Shown piece after piece: positions 58,410 to 64,000 of a stretch of 64,000 nucleotides of DNA (positions are counted from its first letter, which is position 1; the number at the start of each line of letters is the position of its first letter). Source of the DNA: an uncultured delta proteobacterium (GTDB lineage Bacteria > Desulfobacterota > Desulfuromonadia > Geobacterales > DSM-12255); NCBI GenBank assembly GCA_963787125.1, contig CAWBBV010000023.1, positions 143,624 through 207,623 on the forward strand, read 5' to 3'. The position numbers were made by a program, and so were the translations under genes. Below the pieces are notes generated by a model. It was given only the letters and a program-made list of their open reading frames with translations. It was not told the origin of the DNA and did no database searches.

Positions 58410-59870
58410 TCAGCTCATCCAGCTCGCGTCGCTGGCGGCGGCCCACTTCTCGGTGACCTTCTTGGGGCGGCTCCAGAAGCGGAAGCCGTCCCAGCCGGTG
58501 ATGTCGCCGTGGCCGAACTTGCTGACGAATTGAAGCCGCCGAACGAGAACGGCTCACGCGGCACCGGCACGCCGACGTTGATGCCGACCATGCCGGCCTC
58601 GAGCCGGTCCGCCGCGGTGCGCGCCACCGCGCCCGAGGTGGTGAAGATGGCCGCGCCGTTCGCAGTACAGGCTCTTGTGCTGGAGGTTGATCGCCTCGTC
58701 GAGCGTCTTGGTGTGCACGATGCTCAACACCGGCCCGAAGATCTCCTCGCAGCCCGCGGGCATGTCGATGGTGACGTTGTCCAGCACGGTGGGGCCGATC
58801 CAGTGGCCCTCGGCGCCCGGCGACGCTTCTGGCCGCGGCCGTCGACCAGCACCTTGGCGCCCGCCTTCTCGGCCGCTCTCGATGTACTTGAGGATCCGCT
58901 CGCGCGACGCGGCCGTGATGATCGAGCCCATGTCTTCGCCCAGGCGGATCTTCCGCACGTGCGTCGGCGATGCCGTCGATGATCTTCTGCACGTCACCGA
59001 CCGCCACCATCAGCGAGCTGGCCATGCAGCGCTGCCCGGCGCAGCCGTAGCTCGAGGCCACGATGTTCGACGAGGTGAGCGCGACGTCGGCGTCGGGCAC
59101 CACCACCACGTGGTTCTTCGCCGAGCCCAGGCAGAGCATGCGCTTGCCGACGCGCCGCGCCGCGCGCGTAGAGGATCTGCGCGACCTTGGTGGAGCCGAC
59201 GAAGCCGACCGCCTTGATCTCCGGGTGATCGACGATCGCCTCGACCGTCTCGCGCTGGCCGTTGACGACCTTGAAGATGCCGTCGGGCAGCCCGGCCTCC
59301 TGCCACAGCGAGGCCAGCTTCATCGCGCCGTAGGGGACGACCTCGGACGGCTTGAGGATGAACGCGTTGCCGGCCATGATCGCGTTGGGCGCCATCCACA
59401 GCGGCACCATCACGGGGAAGTTGAAGGGCACGATGCCCGCGACCACGCCGAGCGGCTCGTGCGTCACGCGGCAGTTCACGCCGCGGCTCACGTCGAGCTG
59501 GCCGCCGTCGGCCATCATGTGCAGCGAGGCGGCGAACTCCACGCACTCGATGCCCTTCTCGACGTCGCCCTTGCCCTCGGCGTAGGTCTTGCCGTTCTCG
59601 TGGCTGACCAGCCAGCACATCTCGTCGAGGTCGCGCTCCATCAGCGCCTTGAGGCGGTAGAGCACCTGGGCGCGCTCACGCATGGGGGTCGCCCGCCACG
59701 CGGGGAACGCCTTCTTGCCGGCCTCGACGGCGGCCTCGACGTCCTTCGCGGTGGAGAGGGTCATCTTGCCCATCGTCTTGCCGTGGCGCGGGTTCTCGAT
59801 GTCGAGCCAGTTGCCCGACGCGCCTTCGCGCCAGTTGCCGCCGATCCAGTTCTTGATGTTGACGTACTCG
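58410..59870 (-). CDS. mmsA: CoA-acylating (methyl)malonate-semialdehyde dehydrogenase, frameshifted, 5' end cut by junction
   Basis: PFNFP.MVPLW, LKPSE, FVGST, AKNH, GCAGQRCMA, EEIFGPV, GINVGVPVPRE. Confidence 0.88.
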
Positions 59871-59871
59871 G

Positions 59872-59982
59872 TGCCTGGACCTGGAGGCCACGCACCACAT
59901 CCACTGCGGCCAGACCGAAGACCACCGCGAAGCCACACGCGCCTTCGTCGACAAACGTGAACCGGTGTTCAAGGGGCGCTGA
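59872..59982 (+). CDS. 3' fragment of an enoyl-CoA hydratase (start of third segment)
   Basis: Not in track; reads CLDLEATHHIHCGQTEDHREATRAFVDKREPVFKGR*. Confidence 0.8.
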   Translation, partial: CLDLEATHHIHCGQTEDHREATRAFVDKREPVFKGR

Positions 59983-59987
59983 ACCAC

Positions 59988-61703
59988 ATGACACGCGACC
60001 AAGCCATCGCGGTGGCCACCGCGGCCGGGCAGCCGCACGAGCTGGTCGACCAGCTGATCGACGGCCGCGCGCTGCGTGTGTTCAAGCAGGCGCCGGCGTC
60101 GCTGCGCGCGCTGTTCGAAGCCACGGCCAGCGACCTGCCGTTCCTGGGCTACGAGGACGAGCGCTACAGCTTCGCGCAGGCCTGGCAGCAGGCTTCGCGC
60201 ATCGGCCGGGTGCTGGTGCGATCACTGCGGCGTGCGCAAGGGCGACCGCGTGGCGCATGTCCTTGCGCAACTACCCGGAATGGATGTTCGCCTTCAACGC
60301 GATCACCGCATCGGCGCGGTGGCGGTGGCGATGAACGCGCATTGGGCAGGCCGACGAGATGGCCTATGCGCCTGGCCGACAGCGGCGCCAAGGTGCTGCT
60401 GGCCGACAGCGAACGCCTGCAACGCTGGGCCCAGGGCCCGGCCGCGCCGGGCTTGCAGGTGCTGGCGGTGCGTGCCGGCGACCGCCGGCCGGCGCCGTGC
60501 AGCCTGGCCGCACTGACCGAACGTGCGGCCCGGTCGGCGGTGGCCGATGCCGCCGGCCGACATCGCGCCCGACGACCTGGCGACCATGCTCTACACCTCG
60601 GGCTCGACCGGCCACCCCAAGGGCGTGCCGTCCAGCCACCGCAACATCCTCTCGGCGCTGCTGTCCTGGGAGCTGGACGCGCCGTGGGCGAGCTGGCTGC
60701 CGGGCATCGCGCCCGAGCCGCCGCGCGCTGCAGCCCGGCACGCTGCTGGCGGTGCCGCTGTTCCATGTCACCGGGCTGCATGCGTCGTACCTGGCCAGCT
60801 ACCGGCCGCAGCGGCCGCGTGGTCTGCATGTACCGCTGGGACGCCGAGGCGGCGGCGGCGCTGATCGACCGCGACAAGCTGAGCTCGGTGGTGGCGCCGG
60901 CGGCGATGACCGGCGACCTGGTGCGCGTGGCCCAGGCCGGCGGCCACGACCTGAGCAGCCTGCTGACGGTGGGCGGCGGCGGCGCGCCGCGGGCGCCCGA
61001 GCAGGTGCGCCAGATCGCGCGCCAGCTTCGGCCAACGCGCATGCCCAACACCGGCTGGGGCATGACCGAGACCAACGCCATCGGCACCGGCATCGGCGGC
61101 GAGGACTACCTGGCGCGGCCGGCCAGCTCGGGCCGCTGCTCGCTGGTGCTGCAGCTGAAGGTGGTCGACGAGACCGGCCAGCCGCTGCCGGCCGGCCAGC
61201 GCGGCGAACTGCTGGTGCGCGGCACCTCGGTCTTTCAGCGGCTACTGGAAGCGGCCCGAGGCCAACGCGCAGGCCTTCGTCGACGGCGACTGGTTCCGCA
61301 CCGGCGACGTGGCCACCATCGACGACGAGGGCTTCCTGTTCATCGTCGACCGCATCAAGGACCTGATCATCCGCGGCGGCGAGAACATCGGCTGCGGCCA
61401 GGTCGAGGCCGCGCTGCTGATGCACCCCGACGTGCAGGAGGCGGCGGTCTACGCCGTGCCCGACGAGCGCCTGGGCGAGGAGGTGGGCGCCACCGTCTAC
61501 GGCAGCCCGGCGCTCGACCTGGAGGCGCTGCGCGGCTTCCTGGGCCAGCACCTGGCGCGCTTCGAGCTGCCGCGCTATATCGTGCGTGGCCGACGCAGCC
61601 GCTGCCGCGCACGCCGTCGGGCAAGATCCTCAAGCGCCAGATCCGCGGCGCTGCGCTGGCGCAGCTGCTGCCCACCGAACAACCGCCAGGAACCGCTTCA
61701 TGA
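59988..61703 (+). CDS. Long-chain fatty-acid-CoA ligase (adenylate-forming), frameshifted
   Basis: [45 protein letters not shown] across frames. Confidence 0.87.
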   Translation: MTRDQAIAVATAAGQPHELVDQLIDGRALRVFKQAPASLRALFEATASDLPFLGYEDERYSFAQAWQQASRIGRVLVRSLRRAQGRPRGACPCATTRNGCSPSTRSPHRRGGGGDERALGRPTRWPMRLADSGAKVLLADSERLQRWAQGPAAPGLQVLAVRAGDRRPAPCSLAALTERAARSAVADAAGRHRARRPGDHALHLGLDRPPQGRAVQPPQHPLGAAVLGAGRAVGELAAGHRARAAARCSPARCWRCRCSMSPGCMRRTWPATGRSGRVVCMYRWDAEAAAALIDRDKLSSVVAPAAMTGDLVRVAQAGGHDLSSLLTVGGGGAPRAPEQVRQIARQLRPTRMPNTGWGMTETNAIGTGIGGEDYLARPASSGRCSLVLQLKVVDETGQPLPAGQRGELLVRGTSVFQRLLEAARGQRAGLRRRRLVPHRRRGHHRRRGLPVHRRPHQGPDHPRRREHRLRPGRGRAADAPRRAGGGGLRRARRAPGRGGGRHRLRQPGARPGGAARLPGPAPGALRAAALYRAWPTQPLPRTPSGKILKRQIRGAALAQLLPTEQPPGTAS

Positions 61704-62198
61704 GCACCGATTTCGCCACCTGCGACCTCTGCGACGCCCACAAGAACGACAGCGACGGCGCGTTCCGCGTGCTGCCGCCGGTGTTTCGCGACTTCGGCGG
61801 CCGTGCGCGCGTTTTGCCGGGCCCGATCAGCACCGTCAAGTGCTTCGAGGACAACTCGCTGGTCAAGGCCGCGCTGCGACAGCCCGGGCAGGGCCGGGTG
61901 CTGGTGGTCGACGGCGGCGCTTCGCTGCGCCGGGCGCTGGTGGGCGGCAACCTGGCTGCGGCCGCGGCGCGCAACGGCTGGGCCGGTGTGCTGGTCGACG
62001 GCGCGGTGCGTGACCTGGCCGAACTGGCGCGCCTGCGACGTCGGCATCCGCGCCCTGGCGCTGATGCCGCTGCCCACCGAGAAGCGCAACCAGGGCCAGG
62101 CCGACGTGCCCGTGCTGATCCAGGGGGTGATCGTGCGGCCGGGCGAATGGCTGTACGCTGACGACGACGGCATCGTCGTGATGCCGCAGCCTGCCTGA
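61700..62198 (+). CDS. rraA: RraA/MenG family protein, frameshifted
   Basis: [36 protein letters not shown]. Confidence 0.87.
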
Positions 62199-62211
62199 GC
62201 AAGGACCGACG

Positions 62212-62731
62212 ATGAGCGCTGCATCGCACCGCCACCCCCGACTGGGAAGTGCTGCCGCCGCTGGGCCACGACCCGCAGGCCGTGGCGCAGCGCTGCCGCC
62301 AGATGGTGCACCGCCGCGCGCTGGTGGCCGCCGGCGTGGCCATGGTGCCGGTGCCGGGGCTGGACTGGCTGACCGACGTCGGCATGCTGGTCGACCTGCT
62401 GCCGCGCATCAACGCCGCGTTCGGGCTGGCGCCCGAGCAGATCGAGCGCCTGGCGCCCGACCGGCGCCTCGTCGTCTACAAGGCCATCAGCACCGGCGGC
62501 GGGCTGCTGATCGGCAAGGTGGTCACGCGCGACCTGGTGCTGTGGATGCTCAAGCTGGTGGGCGTGCGCCTGACCACGCAGCAGGCCGCCAAGTTCGTGC
62601 CCATCGCCGGCCAGGCGGTGTCGGCGGCGCTGACCTATTCGGCGCTGCGCTACGTCTGCGAGCAGCACATCCAGCAATGCATGGCGGTGACGCGCCAGCT
62701 GGCCCTGCCGGCCCCCGCCGCGGCGGCCTGA
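62212..62731 (+). CDS. Hypothetical protein (DUF697-like), frameshift near start
   Basis: VPVPGLDWLTDV..KFVPIAGQAVSA. Confidence 0.6.
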
Positions 62732-62756
62732 GCCGGCCTCGTACAATGCGCCGCTT

Positions 62757-62833
62757 CGGGGTGTAGCGCAGCCTGGTAGCGCAACTGGTTTGGGACCAGT
62801 GGGTCGAAGGTTCGAATCCTTTCACCCCGACCA
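62757..62833 (+). tRNA. tRNA-Pro (TGG)
   Basis: 77 nt; acceptor stem cggggtg/caccccg, anticodon arm actgg-tttggga-ccagt, GTTCGAATC, CCA end. Confidence 0.97.
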
Positions 62834-62917
62834 ATTGAAATCAAGCTGAGTCGGGCGCTGCCGGCGCTTTTTGCCGGCGCTTGTGCCGGCCCGCCGTCGC
62901 GCCAAGCTTGCGCTGGC

Positions 62918-63910
62918 TCAGTCGAGCTTGACGCCCAGGTCCACCGCCAGCTTCACCCACACCGGCACTTCGCGCGCGAAATGTGCCCTTGTGCCTTCCA
63001 GGTTCTGCGGCTTGTTCGGGATGCCGAAGTTCTCGCGCAGCTCGGCCGCGCCGGGCGCTTCGGCGCCGGTCACGGCCACGTCGGCCAGCGCTTGCAGCAC
63101 CGGCTCGGGCGTGCCGGCCGCGCGCCATCAGCGGCAGGCCGCCTTCGAGCGTGACCAGTGCGCCGTCGACGCCCTGCTCGACCAGCGTGGGCACGTCGGG
63201 CAGCTTGGGCGAGCGGTACGATGCCGGTGACGCCGATGGCGCGCGACGCCGCGCGTCGACACCGTGTTGAAGGCCTGGTAGCTGCCGATCGCCACGTGCA
63301 GCTGGCCCGAGGCCACGTCGACCCACATCGGCGACTCGCCCTTGTACTGGATCGCCAGGATCTTGCGTGCCGTCGTTGCGGTTGATCTGGTCGGCCACCA
63401 TGTGCGGGTAGGAGCCCGGGCGCGTAACAGCCCATGTTGGTCGGGTTGGCCTTGGCGTAGGCGATGAACTCCTTCATCGTCGACAGCCGGCAGCTTCTCG
63501 GGCACGCCCACCACCAGCGGGCCCGACGGGAACAGCGTGATCGGCGTGACGTCCTTGTCCAGGTTGTAGGGCAGCTTGGTGTAGAGCACGCGGTTCTGCC
63601 AGACCGTGCCGGAGGTGGTCATCAGCAGCGTGTGGCCGTCGGGGGGCGACTTGGCCAGCGCGTCGATGGCGATCACCGCGCCAGCGCCGGGCTTGTTCTC
63701 GACCACCGCCGGCTGCTTGACGCGCGCGGCCAGTTGTTCGGCGTACAGCCGCGCATAGGCGTCGGTCAGGCCGCCGGGCGGAAAGGCCACGAGGATGCGG
63801 ATGGGTTTGCTCGGCCAGCCGGCCGGCTGGGCCTGTGCGATGGGCAGGGCGGCGAAGGCGCCGGCGGCCAGAAGAAGGTCGCGGCGGGTGGGGCGGGCGA
63901 TGGAGGTCAT
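62918..63910 (-). CDS. Tripartite tricarboxylate transporter substrate-binding protein (Bug/TctC), frameshifted
   Basis: Tat-like signal RRDLL, WPSKPIRILVAFPPGG.TD, VENKPGAG, PDGHTL, YKG. Confidence 0.88.
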
Positions 63911-64000
63911 GGGCGCTCGGACCGGGGGTGGGGATGCTGCGATGCTAGGCCCGCACAAGGCCTGCGCCTGCTGGGCAAAACCCGGCGCGCCGCACTGGGA

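Noticed and set aside
62757..62920. tRNA-Pro as an integration site
   Set aside because: No integrase and no duplicated tRNA 3' end in the window.
54318..63910. Programmed frameshifting or mass pseudogenisation
   Set aside because: Indels are scattered without consistent slippery sites; sequencing error is the simpler explanation.

Overview
The window looks like three pieces of DNA from different organisms joined together. (1) Bases 1-~53730 are a moderate-GC chromosome segment of Geobacteraceae/Desulfuromonadales type, assigned from gene content and protein style. It carries hopanoid genes (hpnA, shc, hpnI), srkA, PBP1A, lhgO, molybdenum-cofactor genes, serA, an IclR/DUF485/actP acetate-uptake locus, purQ-purF-pyrE, recQ, gap, a sigma54 two-component/ABC/porin module and split nadE. 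(2) Bases ~53735-59870 are very high GC, Myxococcota-like and full of frameshifts. (3) Bases ~59872-64000 are very high GC, Burkholderiales-like and frameshifted, with a tRNA-Pro(TGG). Both junctions cut genes mid-frame and are probably assembly or concatenation artefacts. The most interesting items are all in segment 1. First, a co-oriented, cassette-like array between shc and hpnA: toxin-antitoxin genes, a DUF559 endonuclease and an exported caspase-DUF1566 protein with a DGR-target-like tip, punctuated by CCCTCTCCC..GGGAGAGGG palindromes. Second, a membrane-anchored small ORF ending in the RAPP ribosome-arrest motif, upstream of an IclR gene and the acetate permease. Third, a recQ'::'yraN chimeric duplication join point. 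Fourth, a decayed Wadjet jetA stub beside mobile-mystery genes. Fifth, a candidate sRNA after serA. No CRISPR array, rRNA, integrase, transposase or reverse transcriptase was seen. All family calls are by eye, with no database search.
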